Part shown: in pieces, positions 9,930-19,093 of the stretch
Layout of the letters: each line of letters begins with the position of its first letter
Position numbering within the stretch: the first letter of the stretch is position 1
Assembly: GCA_934085565.1 (NCBI GenBank)
Contig: CAKOHG010000005.1
Span: 25,509-89,508, forward strand
Reading direction: 5' to 3'
DNA: 64,000 bases
Source of the DNA: an uncultured Bacilli bacterium
Lineage (GTDB): Bacteria > Bacillota_I > Bacilli_A > RF39 > UBA660
The notes under the pieces: generated by a model
Database searches by the model: none
Told to the model about the DNA's origin: nothing
The model's input: the letters and a program-made list of their open reading frames with translations, nothing else
Translations under genes and position numbers: made by a program

Positions 9930-10550
9930 GTGAACAACTTGAAAACAATTAACTATTTATATCTTTCTTTGATGTGCTTTTTTCTTTTCTTCTTTTTAAC
10001 TATTTTTATTATCAATGGTAATGTTATTTTTTTTGATGATTTAATTTATAATTTTTTACATCATTTTCCTTTAACGTCTTTTTTTAGAGTAATGACAGAA
10101 CTAGGTAGCGTGATGGGCATAGGAATCGTTATGATTCTTTATCTTTTAGGAAGCAAGTCTAAAAAAAACGTTCAATTTTTCTTAGCTTTAATGTTATTAA
10201 ATACAGTGGCTAATTTTGTTTTGAAACAATTTTTTGTTCGGTCAAGACCATATTATGAAAAATTGGTATCAGCTTCTGGATTTTCTTTTCCTAGTGGTCA
10301 TACGATGGCTTCTTGTATGTGCTATGGCCTTTTTATTTATTTTTTATGGCAAACTAATATCAAAAAAGTTTGGAAAATCATTGGAACGCTTTTCTTTCTT
10401 TTTATTATTTTAAGCGTTGCTTTAAGTCGGGTTTATCTAGGTGTTCATTATGCTAGTGACGTCTTAGGAGGATTTTTCGTTAGCTTATTTTTCCTTTTCT
10501 TTAGTATTTTCTTTTTAAAGACTACCAAAATGGTTAACGCCTCATCATAA
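9930..10550 (+). CDS. PAP2-family phosphatase (undecaprenyl-diphosphatase / PgpB-like)
   Basis: GTG start behind AGAAGG. Motifs KQFFVRSRP, SFPSGHT, SRVYLGVHYASDV. Multiple TM segments. Confidence 0.75.
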   Translation: MNNLKTINYLYLSLMCFFLFFFLTIFIINGNVIFFDDLIYNFLHHFPLTSFFRVMTELGSVMGIGIVMILYLLGSKSKKNVQFFLALMLLNTVANFVLKQFFVRSRPYYEKLVSASGFSFPSGHTMASCMCYGLFIYFLWQTNIKKVWKIIGTLFFLFIILSVALSRVYLGVHYASDVLGGFFVSLFFLFFSIFFLKTTKMVNASS

Positions 10551-10986
10551 AAGTTCCTTTTTGTTTAGTTGGCTCACCACCAACTCGTTGAACTAATTTT
10601 TGACTATTGGAATTTTTATCGTCCACAACTTCATAAAGTCCATTGATATCAGGATAAAGCTCAAATATTTTTTCCATAAATTCAAATGTAAGAAGAGAAC
10701 CAAGATATTGATGTCTATATTTTTCTAAAATACCTATGCTAATTTCTTGGCGTTCATTTAAATAAGTAATAGAAATAAGTCCGACAGGATAATCATTATA
10801 ATAAGCTATGAAAACCTCATTTAAATGTCTAAAATCATTGGCTTTTCTTTTATAAATACTTTCGATCATGTAATGAATATTACCGAGGTATTCGCTGTTT
10901 TGACTTTGCATTAAAGAGGTTACAATTTCTTGATGAAGTTTTCGAGAACTGTCATATTTTTCTAAAATAAAACTATCAAGTTCCAT
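10534..10986 (-). CDS. GNAT-family N-acetyltransferase (putative)
   Basis: 150 aa with an acetyl-CoA motif-A-like segment EKYRHQYLGSLL. Confidence 0.45.
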   Translation of the reverse strand: MELDSFILEKYDSSRKLHQEIVTSLMQSQNSEYLGNIHYMIESIYKRKANDFRHLNEVFIAYYNDYPVGLISITYLNERQEISIGILEKYRHQYLGSLLTFEFMEKIFELYPDINGLYEVVDDKNSNSQKLVQRVGGEPTKQKGTFMMRR

Positions 10987-11047
10987 AATATCACATCCTT
11001 ATTTATATTATATCCAATTAAATGTTAAATAAAAAGAAGAAAAATTT

Positions 11048-11743
11048 TTACTTTCTTCTTTCTTTTACTTTCTTTTTTATGACTTGTAAATGAGGGAAGG
11101 CATGAATAAGTCTTTTTTCAAATGTCTTCATAGAGTCTTCCACTTGTTTTTTTACCATCTTTGTAATTCTTTCCGTATCGTCCTTTTTAATGATTTGTTT
11201 CTTTTGAACATCTTCACTAACATGTTGAATATTTTTAATAATCTTAAATGAAATGACATTATCAATGAAATAAACAATCAAGATAACTAGTGTTAAAGCA
11301 TATAAGATAGGTATAGAAATTTTTTCAATCATACCAAGGAAAAAGGGATTAGAAACATACATAATAAATAGGCCAAATAAGCCAAAAGGCACCATGGTTT
11401 CTAAACAAATACGTCCGTTGATATTAAAACGATATCCTGAATAGTCCCACCAACGAGTGTGAAAAATCTTTTCTAAAAAATAACTTGTAAAGTATTCTAG
11501 TAAAGAACAGCAAAGAATAATCATGATAAATAAAGTGACCGGATCATTTAAATAACGATTTAACAAAATAGTCATAATTAAAGCTCCATGTCCATAAATA
11601 GGGCAATAAGGACCAATTAAAAAGCCACGGTTAACAAATTTGTGATCAGAAACTAATTTACATCCAACTTCTAGGCACCAGCCCAAAAAAGAATAGACAA
11701 AAAATAGTAAAATATAACGACATACTATTTCCATATAAAACAA
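11048..11743 (-). CDS. polytopic membrane protein, putative ABC-transporter type IV (CmpB/DUF1113-like)
   Basis: GW..E and RWWDYS motifs. Five to six TM helices. Confidence 0.4.
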   Translation of the reverse strand: MFYMEIVCRYILLFFVYSFLGWCLEVGCKLVSDHKFVNRGFLIGPYCPIYGHGALIMTILLNRYLNDPVTLFIMIILCCSLLEYFTSYFLEKIFHTRWWDYSGYRFNINGRICLETMVPFGLFGLFIMYVSNPFFLGMIEKISIPILYALTLVILIVYFIDNVISFKIIKNIQHVSEDVQKKQIIKKDDTERITKMVKKQVEDSMKTFEKRLIHAFPHLQVIKKKVKERRK

Positions 11744-11928
11744 AACATCCTTTCAATTTATGTTAATTATATCGAGAAAACTAAGTTTTTGTAAAGTAAA
11801 AAAAAGGACAAAAAAATCTTGTTTGTTGGATAAGTGGTAAAGGATTGACTAATACTTGACACATCCTGAAAAAAATATACAAAAGATAAAAGAAAATGGA
11901 TATAATATTATTATCGGAGGGATAAATT

Positions 11929-12330
11929 ATGAAAAAGAAAACAGTAGCCGCTTTACTAGGCGGAGCAGCCGTTGGAGCTGGCTTAGGCATTTTATTTGCC
12001 CCTAAAAAAGGTGAAGAAACAAGAGCTGAATTAAAAGCTAAAATGGATGAACTTGTTAATAAAGCACGTGATATTGATATGGATGACGTGAAAGAATACG
12101 TTGTTACTAAAACAGATGAAATTGAAAATGCTTTAAAAGATTTAGATAAGGAAAAAGTTTTAGAAATTGCTAAGAAAAAATCTAAAGAAATTCAAAAAAG
12201 TGCAAAAGATTTAGTAAATTATGTTAAAGACAAAGGAGAACCTGTTTTAACAGATGCTGCTAATGCTGTAAGAGAAAAAGCTATTGAAACAACAAAGGCT
12301 GTTTTAGAAAAATTAGAAAATACAAAATAG
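11929..12330 (+). CDS. YtxH-like general stress protein (DUF948)
   Basis: N-terminal anchor AALLGGAAVGAGLGILFAPKKG followed by a charged helical region. RBS GGAGGG. Confidence 0.7.
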   Translation: MKKKTVAALLGGAAVGAGLGILFAPKKGEETRAELKAKMDELVNKARDIDMDDVKEYVVTKTDEIENALKDLDKEKVLEIAKKKSKEIQKSAKDLVNYVKDKGEPVLTDAANAVREKAIETTKAVLEKLENTK

Positions 12331-12428
12331 GGTTGTTGCATAAAATCATAAAATTTTGTATAATATTTAAACAAAGAAGTGGTAGTTTTGAACCCTTCTT
12401 TTTGTTTTACTCTAAAGGAGAGATATAA

Positions 12429-13023
12429 ATGAGTAATAATTTTTATACAAAATATGAATATGCTCAAAAAATGCTTGAAACAGAACTTAATATTTTAATA
12501 GATTCTTTTGAAAGAAAACATGGTTATACACCAGTTGAACATGTTAAAACAAGATTAAAAAACTTTGCCAAGTATTCAAAAGAAGTTAGAGAAAAAGGGA
12601 TATACTTACAGTGTAGATAATATTGAAAAACATATCATGGATGTTATTGGATTTCGAATAGTTGTTTCTTTCTTGTCAGATGTTTATGACATCGTTTCCT
12701 TAATTAGTCATTCTACTAATTTAATTATCAAACAACGAAAGGATTACATTGAAAATCCAAAAGAGTCTGGTTATACCAGCTATCACCTTATCTTATTAGT
12801 GCCTATTTATTTAGAAAATTATGTGGAATATATTCCTGCTGAAATTCAAGTACGAACGGTTGCTATGGATTTCTGGGCTAGTTTAGATCACAAAATACGT
12901 TATAAATTTAAAGAGCAAATTCCTCACGAAGTACAAAATGAAATGTTAAGTTATGCTAAAGATATTAGAGAGCTAGATCACAAAATGTACTATATGAATC
13001 AAATAGTGAACAAATATCAATAA
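12429..13023 (+). pseudogene. small alarmone synthetase (RelQ/RelP-type GTP pyrophosphokinase, RelA_SpoT domain) interrupted by a frameshift
   Basis: ORF 12429-12620 (..PVEHVKTRLKNFAKYSKEVREKG..) and ORF 12565-13023 (SIQKKLEKKGYTYSVDNIEKHIMDVIGFRIV...GYTSYHLIL...EIQVRTVAMDFWASLDHKIRYK) together give a complete SAS. The reading frame shifts by one nucleotide near 12570-12600. Confidence 0.7.
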
Positions 13024-13097
13024 GTTCACTTTTTTTGTTGTTATTTTCTAGGCTATCTCTTATAATTATAGTATAGAAATGGAGTGAAAAAAGGATA

Positions 13098-14342
13098 ATG
13101 TATTGTAGTGAATGTGGTGCTAAAATACCATCAGACGCTTCTTTTTGTGGAGAATGTGGAACAAAAGTACAAAAGAGTAAAGAAACACCTCCTAAAAAAG
13201 AAAGAAAACCACTTAGTAAAGCACAGAAAATAAGCATTTTAGTCATTTTCTTGGTAGCCATCATTTTATTTGGCGGTTATAAATATTTATCAACGACGAT
13301 GGGACCTGTGGGTGTGACTAAACATTATGTATCTTCTTTAAAAAGCAATAGTATTGAAGATATTTATAATTCTTTAAGTATTGAAGGAGATACTACTTTT
13401 ACAACGTTAGATGAATTTAAAAAAGTTTATGACGAATACGAAAATAGTTTTAAAGATCTTAAAGATTATACGGTAGATGAGGCAGTTTATAATGACGATA
13501 AAACAAGTGCTACAGTTCGTGTTACCATCAAAAAAGAAGATGATACCGAAAAAGTTTTGATTGCCACGGTAAATAAAAGTGATAAAAAGAAATACTTATT
13601 CTTCGATGAATGGAAAGTAGAAAGTCTAACAAGTAATGGATACTCTACAACGGGTGTGGAAGTATTAAAAGATTTCCGTATTAGAGTCCCTAAAAATAGT
13701 AAATTAACCTTAAATGACCAAGATGTTGACCCTAAATTTATTGAAGAAAATACTTGGGAAGATGGTATTGATGTTTATGTAATTCCTAATTTATTTGTTA
13801 GCACGATTAAAATAAAAACAACTTTACCAAATCAAATGGTAATTGAAGATGAAAAAGTTTTAAATTCTTATAGTAATCAGTATGAAGTAGAAGTTTCTTT
13901 GAAAAACTTAAATGATGAAATGGTAAGTACTTTAAAAGAACAAGTGAAAACAGATATTTCTAATTTATATAATAATATTATCGCTCAAAAAAATTGGGAT
14001 GCTGTGAAAGAAAGTTATAGTTATAACAACGTTAATTTATCTTCTTTAGAAGAAGATTATATGGACTTATATGAAGAATTAAATAGTGATAATTTAACTC
14101 TTAAAAAATTAGAAATTTCTAATGTCACGTTAACAAATGTTAAATTAAATGATGAAGGAAAGCTTGTGATAACCGCTAAATATAATTATGATTATACTGT
14201 CGATTATAAAAATCTACTTGGCGAGGTTAAAACCAAAGATGGTAAGAGTTCTTACTCATCAACTATTACTTATGACTATTATGATAATAGTTATAAAATA
14301 AATGAAATTTATAACATGGTTCATTATTTTAGTACATGGTAA
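13098..14342 (+). CDS. zinc-ribbon domain membrane protein with a large extracytoplasmic domain
   Basis: N-terminal CSECGAKIPSDASFCGECG zinc ribbon, one TM helix (ISILVIFLVAIILFGG), and an extracellular domain of about 330 aa. Confidence 0.6.
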   Translation: MYCSECGAKIPSDASFCGECGTKVQKSKETPPKKERKPLSKAQKISILVIFLVAIILFGGYKYLSTTMGPVGVTKHYVSSLKSNSIEDIYNSLSIEGDTTFTTLDEFKKVYDEYENSFKDLKDYTVDEAVYNDDKTSATVRVTIKKEDDTEKVLIATVNKSDKKKYLFFDEWKVESLTSNGYSTTGVEVLKDFRIRVPKNSKLTLNDQDVDPKFIEENTWEDGIDVYVIPNLFVSTIKIKTTLPNQMVIEDEKVLNSYSNQYEVEVSLKNLNDEMVSTLKEQVKTDISNLYNNIIAQKNWDAVKESYSYNNVNLSSLEEDYMDLYEELNSDNLTLKKLEISNVTLTNVKLNDEGKLVITAKYNYDYTVDYKNLLGEVKTKDGKSSYSSTITYDYYDNSYKINEIYNMVHYFSTW

Positions 14343-14363
14343 AAAAGAAAGGAATTGAAAAAA

Positions 14364-15077
14364 ATGGCAAAATTTTGTACAAAATGTGGAAAGAAATTAG
14401 AAGAGGGAAAAGCTTGTGATTGTGAAAAAACGACAAGCGAAAGTGTTAAAACAGCAGTTGCAAATAATAACATGGTAAATGATTATATGGAAGTTCTAAA
14501 AGGAATGTTTACTAAACCATTAGATACTATGAAAGATTATGCCAAAAAATCTAAATTTAATTTAGGGCTTATTATGATTGTTTTAAATGCATTAGTTTTT
14601 GGTTTATTCATTTATCTCTTTGCTAAAGAAGGAACAAATTCTATATATAGTTTAATTTATGGTAGTTCTTCTTTATTTGGAAGTGTTACTAAGAATGTTG
14701 AAATACCTATTAAAGTTTTCTTCATTGCTAGTTTAATGATGGCTATCTTCCATTTCTGTTTAGGTGGACTGATTCACTTTATTTCAACAACAATTTTAAA
14801 AACAGAATCTGATATCAAAAGAACTTATGCTTTAATTGGTACTACTGCAGTTATTACTACCGTTACTACTTTAGCTAGTCTTATTTTAATGTATGTTAAT
14901 ATGTGGTTATGTCTTATCGTTTTATTACTTGGTAGTTTACTATACTTCTTTAATTTATTTCATGGCTTTACAGAACTTACTAAAGTAGATAAAAATAAAA
15001 TCGTTTATGTCTTTACAAGTGCTTATGCGATTACATTATTTATTGTTTGTTATGTATTACCAAAGATTTTTAGTTAA
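14364..15077 (+). CDS. zinc-ribbon plus multi-TM membrane protein (Yip1-like topology)
   Basis: MAKFCTKCGKKLEEGKACDC followed by five TM helices. The ATG at 14364 is preferred over the upstream TTG at 14355. Confidence 0.5.
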   Translation: MAKFCTKCGKKLEEGKACDCEKTTSESVKTAVANNNMVNDYMEVLKGMFTKPLDTMKDYAKKSKFNLGLIMIVLNALVFGLFIYLFAKEGTNSIYSLIYGSSSLFGSVTKNVEIPIKVFFIASLMMAIFHFCLGGLIHFISTTILKTESDIKRTYALIGTTAVITTVTTLASLILMYVNMWLCLIVLLLGSLLYFFNLFHGFTELTKVDKNKIVYVFTSAYAITLFIVCYVLPKIFS

Positions 15078-15118
15078 AAGCTAAAAGTCTTTTTTTTAAC
15101 TTTTTTGTAAAATAAAAA

Positions 15119-15155
15119 AGGAAATCGAAGATTTTTCTTGTATATATAAGTAGGA
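15119..15155 (+). promoter_or_regulatory. conserved upstream element copy B
   Basis: GGAAATCGAAGATTTTTCTTGTATATATAAGTAGGAGG lies directly before the ATG at 15164. Confidence 0.5.
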
Positions 15156-15163
15156 GGTATAAA

Positions 15164-15301
15164 ATGTTAGAATTTTTATTATTAATTAATCTACTTATTT
15201 TAGATTATCTTACTTTTAAAAGTTACCGACGAAAAGAAAAGTTAGTAGGAACCTTAAATTTAAGAGATTTAGATGAAGAATTTTGGCAAGATAATTATTA
15301 A
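15164..15301 (+). CDS. 45-aa ORF (MLEFLLLINLLILDYLTFKSYRRKEK...) directly behind the conserved element
   Basis: The ORF lies just 3' of the conserved element and upstream of the leuS T-box leader. It is below the ORF-track size cutoff, and coding status is uncertain. Confidence 0.25.
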   Translation: MLEFLLLINLLILDYLTFKSYRRKEKLVGTLNLRDLDEEFWQDNY

Positions 15302-15329
15302 AAATGATTGCAAAACAAAAAAATATTTC

Positions 15330-15535
15330 TTATAATAGTTTTTGAAAGCAAGAGAAAAAAGAGTAGTAATAAACCTTTTCTTTTAAAGAGAGTTTGGGCA
15401 TGGTGGAACCAAACAAAGAAAAATTATGAACTTACTTTTGGATGCTTATAGGGTTGTTTTCCTTTATCAAACATAGAGTAGAAATTAAGGTGGTACCACG
15501 GGGTAAACTCGTCCTTTAGGTATTGCCTTTTTATT
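15330..15535 (+). promoter_or_regulatory. T-box leader (tRNA-sensing riboswitch) upstream of leuS; boundaries approximate
   Basis: Conserved T-box core AATTAAGGTGGTACCACGG at 15484-15502. An AGAGA-like box and a candidate Leu specifier GAA-CUU-A lie near 15427-15433. A U-run follows at 15527-15535. Confidence 0.6.
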
Positions 15536-15559
15536 TTGCTAAAAGAAAAGAGGGTATAT

Positions 15560-15934
15560 ATGGAAACTTATGAAATGTTTATGGAGATAGGCTTTTTTGC
15601 TATTATGTTTTTACTGATTTTTATTATTACTTATTGTATGAATTTGAATAATTATAAAAAACGTAAATACACATCTATTGGTGAGTTAAATTATTTATTA
15701 AAGAAATTTAATTTAGATAGAAAGAAATTGCCTGTGCGAAAAATGCTTTTGGTTTTTAGTTTGATAGATGCTTTTATCATGGCATTTACAGCTAGCTTTA
15801 TCACAGCTTTACCAGTAAATACAGTTTTTCAAATGCTCATTGGTTTTGTTCTTTTATTTGCACTCATCTATGCTTTATACGAAATATATGGAAGACATTT
15901 AGTAAAAAAATATAAAAAGAAAGAAGGAAAATAA
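15560..15934 (+). CDS. small membrane protein (3 TM) between the T-box leader and leuS
   Basis: METYEMFMEIGFFAIMFLLIFII... The stop lies 1 nt before the leuS ATG. Confidence 0.45.
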   Translation: METYEMFMEIGFFAIMFLLIFIITYCMNLNNYKKRKYTSIGELNYLLKKFNLDRKKLPVRKMLLVFSLIDAFIMAFTASFITALPVNTVFQMLIGFVLLFALIYALYEIYGRHLVKKYKKKEGK

Positions 15935-15935
15935 A

Positions 15936-18341
15936 ATGAATTATCAAAATATTGACAAAAAATGGCAAGCTTATTGGGATACTCATGAAACCTTTAAGGC
16001 TTCTAATACTTCTTCTAAAACACCTTATTATGTTTTGGTAGAATTTCCTTATCCATCTGGAGCTGGTCTTCATGTTGGACATGTAAGAAGCTATACAGCC
16101 CAAGATGCTTTAGCGCGTTATAAAAGATTAAAGGGGTATAATGTTTTATTCCCAATGGGATGGGATGCTTTTGGTGCTCCTGCAGAACAATATGCGATAA
16201 AAAATCACATTCATCCTAAGGAAGCTGTTAAAGAAAATATCCATAATTTTAAAAGACAAATGAAGTCTTTAGGTTTTTCTTTTGATTGGAGTCGTGAATT
16301 TTCTACAACAGATCCCGAGTATTACAAATGGACGCAATGGCAATTTTTACAATTTTATAAACATGGTATGGCTTATAAAGCTAAAATGCCTGTTAACTGG
16401 TGCCCTAAATGTAAAAGTGTTTTATCGAATGAAGATGCCGCTGGTGGCGTATGTGAAAGATGTGGAACACCTGTTGTCCAAAAAGAAAAATCACAATGGA
16501 TGCTTAAAATGGCAAGCTATTCAGAAGATTTATTAAAAGGTTTGGATGACACGAATTTTACAGAACGTGTTAAAGTAGGTCAAAAAAACTGGATTGGTAA
16601 ATCAACTGGCGTAGAAATGGATGTTCAAATTAAAGACGGTGGAAGTTTTTCTATCTTTACGACATGCATAGAAACGGTTTATGGTATTACTTTCTTTGTT
16701 ATTGCACCAGATGGTAAGATTATTAAAGAATTAATGCCACGAGTTTCTAATAAAGAAGAAGTTTTAGCATATATTGAACAAACAAAACAAAAATCTGCTA
16801 TGGAAAGAACCGAATTAAATAAAGACAAAACCGGTTGTGAAGTTAAAGGCGTTAAAGCTATTAACCCTGTCAATGGCAAAGAAGTTCCTATTTTCTTAGG
16901 TGATTTCGTTTTAGGAGATTATGGTACAGGAGCTGTTATGGCAGTGCCAAGTCATGATCAAAGAGATTATGAATATGCGAAAGCTCATAACTTACCAATG
17001 ATTGATGTCATTACAGGTGATACAAGTGAAAAAGCTTTCACTAAAGAAGAATATTTAAATTCTAATGCTACTCTTATTAATTCTGAAGAATTTAATGGCA
17101 TGAGTGTTATGGACGCCAAAAAAGCTATTACTGAAAAACTTGTTTCTTTAGGAATTGCAAGAGAAGTTAATAACTATCGTATGCGTGATTGGATTTTCTC
17201 AAGACAACGTTTCTGGGGCGAACCTATTCCAATGATTTATTGTGATGACTGTGGCTGGGTACCTGAAAAAGAAGAAAACTTACCTATTGTTTTACCAGAT
17301 GTTACGGAGTATGAGCCAACTGATAATGGGGAAAGTCCACTTGCTAAGATAGAAGAATTTGTGAATTGCAAATGTCCAAAATGTGGTAAAGATGCTAAAA
17401 GAGAAACAGATACGATGCCACAATGGGCAGGATCAAGTTGGTATTTCTTAAGATTTATGGATGCCAGAAATGACAAATGCTTTGCGGATATGGAAGCTAT
17501 GAAATATTGGAATCGTGTTGACTGGTATGATGGTGGTAATGAACACATTGCCCGTCACTTACTATATGCTCGTTTTTGGGTACAATTTTTGTATAACATT
17601 GGCTTAGTTCCTCATAAAGAAATGATTTGGACAAGAGTAAGTCATGGTATGGTTCTTGGACCTGATAATCAAAAAATGAGTAAAAGTAAGGGAAATGTCA
17701 TTAATCCGGATGATATTGTTAACGAATATGGCGCGGATACTTTAAGAGTTTATGAAATGTTTATGGGAGATTATACACAAGATGCCCCATGGAACACAGA
17801 TTCTTTAAAAGGCTGCAAAAGATTTATTGACCGCATTGTTCGTTTACAAGATAAAGTGACAAATGAAGAAACTTACACATCTTCTTTGGAAATACTTATT
17901 CATAAAAGTATTAAAAAGGTAAGTGAAGATATTGAAAATATGGCTTATAATACAGCTATTTCAACTCTTATGATTTTATTAAACACTTATGAAAAAGAAA
18001 CTTCTATTACTAAAAAAGATTATCAAGTATTATTAACACTTTTAAATCCTTTTGCTCCACATATTACCGAAGAGTTAAATGAAAAATTAGGATATGCTAC
18101 TATCTGTGATAGTGCTTGGCCAAGTTATGACGAAGCTAAAACGATTGAAACTGAAAAAGTTGTCGGTGTTCAAATTAATGGCAAATTAAGATGTGAAATG
18201 AAAGTCTGTGAAGAAGATACACTTGATACTATTAAAGAAAAAATTAATTCTTTAGAAGCAGTTCAAAAATACTTAGAAGGCAAGGAAATCGTTAAAGTTA
18301 TTTATGTTCCTCTTCGAATTGTTAATATTATTATAAAATAG
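15936..18341 (+). CDS. leuS: leucyl-tRNA synthetase
   Basis: HVGH and KMSKS class I motifs. 801 aa, with the typical LeuRS N-terminus (QWQ..W, PYPSGAGLHVGHV). Confidence 0.95.
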   Translation: MNYQNIDKKWQAYWDTHETFKASNTSSKTPYYVLVEFPYPSGAGLHVGHVRSYTAQDALARYKRLKGYNVLFPMGWDAFGAPAEQYAIKNHIHPKEAVKENIHNFKRQMKSLGFSFDWSREFSTTDPEYYKWTQWQFLQFYKHGMAYKAKMPVNWCPKCKSVLSNEDAAGGVCERCGTPVVQKEKSQWMLKMASYSEDLLKGLDDTNFTERVKVGQKNWIGKSTGVEMDVQIKDGGSFSIFTTCIETVYGITFFVIAPDGKIIKELMPRVSNKEEVLAYIEQTKQKSAMERTELNKDKTGCEVKGVKAINPVNGKEVPIFLGDFVLGDYGTGAVMAVPSHDQRDYEYAKAHNLPMIDVITGDTSEKAFTKEEYLNSNATLINSEEFNGMSVMDAKKAITEKLVSLGIAREVNNYRMRDWIFSRQRFWGEPIPMIYCDDCGWVPEKEENLPIVLPDVTEYEPTDNGESPLAKIEEFVNCKCPKCGKDAKRETDTMPQWAGSSWYFLRFMDARNDKCFADMEAMKYWNRVDWYDGGNEHIARHLLYARFWVQFLYNIGLVPHKEMIWTRVSHGMVLGPDNQKMSKSKGNVINPDDIVNEYGADTLRVYEMFMGDYTQDAPWNTDSLKGCKRFIDRIVRLQDKVTNEETYTSSLEILIHKSIKKVSEDIENMAYNTAISTLMILLNTYEKETSITKKDYQVLLTLLNPFAPHITEELNEKLGYATICDSAWPSYDEAKTIETEKVVGVQINGKLRCEMKVCEEDTLDTIKEKINSLEAVQKYLEGKEIVKVIYVPLRIVNIIIK

Positions 18342-18450
18342 GTGATATATTTCACTTATTTTTTTTACGTAAAATCAACAAAAGTTGTTTAAATGTCTTT
18401 TATAAAAAAATTAATTTAGGTTATAATAGAGATAGAAAGGATAAGGCTGT

Positions 18451-18996
18451 ATGATTCGAAATTATATTAAAAATTATGAAAGGTATGCGATTTTAATATC
18501 TATACTTATGATTTTCTTTTCCATCTTTTTAATAGTAAAACCAGATGCTTCCGTATTATTTTTTATCTTACTATTTGGAGTCTTACTTGTCATAAGTGGT
18601 TTAGGTAGTCTTGCTTCTTACTTTTTAACTGAAAAAGAAGATCGCTTGTTTAGCTTTGATTTAATAAGTGGAATTTTAACTATTTTATGTGGTGTTTTCA
18701 CTATTATTTATCGTAATGATTTAGTTCAAGTTTTACCTATTATTCTAGGATTATGGATCATCTTTAGTAGTCTTTTAAAAATGCAAGTAGCCATTAATTT
18801 TAGTTCTTTTTCTAAAAGTTATTTATGGCTTTTACTTCTTGAAATTTTAATGATTATTTTAGGTGTTGTTTTAATTACAAATCCATTTGAAAGCATTAAA
18901 GCAATTACGACGATGGCAGGTGTTTTCTTACTCATCTCAGAAGTATGTAGCTTGGTAGAAAGTATCTACATTTTAAATACAGTTAAAAAATTATAA
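18451..18996 (+). CDS. HdeD/DUF308-family membrane protein
   Basis: 181 aa with six hydrophobic helices and the typical DUF308 repeat architecture. Confidence 0.6.
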   Translation: MIRNYIKNYERYAILISILMIFFSIFLIVKPDASVLFFILLFGVLLVISGLGSLASYFLTEKEDRLFSFDLISGILTILCGVFTIIYRNDLVQVLPIILGLWIIFSSLLKMQVAINFSSFSKSYLWLLLLEILMIILGVVLITNPFESIKAITTMAGVFLLISEVCSLVESIYILNTVKKL

Positions 18997-19093
18997 AGAA
19001 ACGGTGAAAATGCTGTTTCTTTTTTTGTGAGTTTCAAAAATAACTAGAAAGAGATATAATTTTGGTGAGATGAAGTAGAAAGAAGGCATGTAA

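Noticed and set aside
11781-12467. Minus-strand ORFs 11781-11990 and 12219-12467
   Set aside because: They overlap the YtxH gene and its promoter region in antisense. No RBS, and hydrophobic junk translation.
15864-17548. ORFs 15864-16103 (-), 16282-16536 (+), 16679-16879 (-) and 17237-17548 (-)
   Set aside because: All lie within leuS in other frames or on the other strand.
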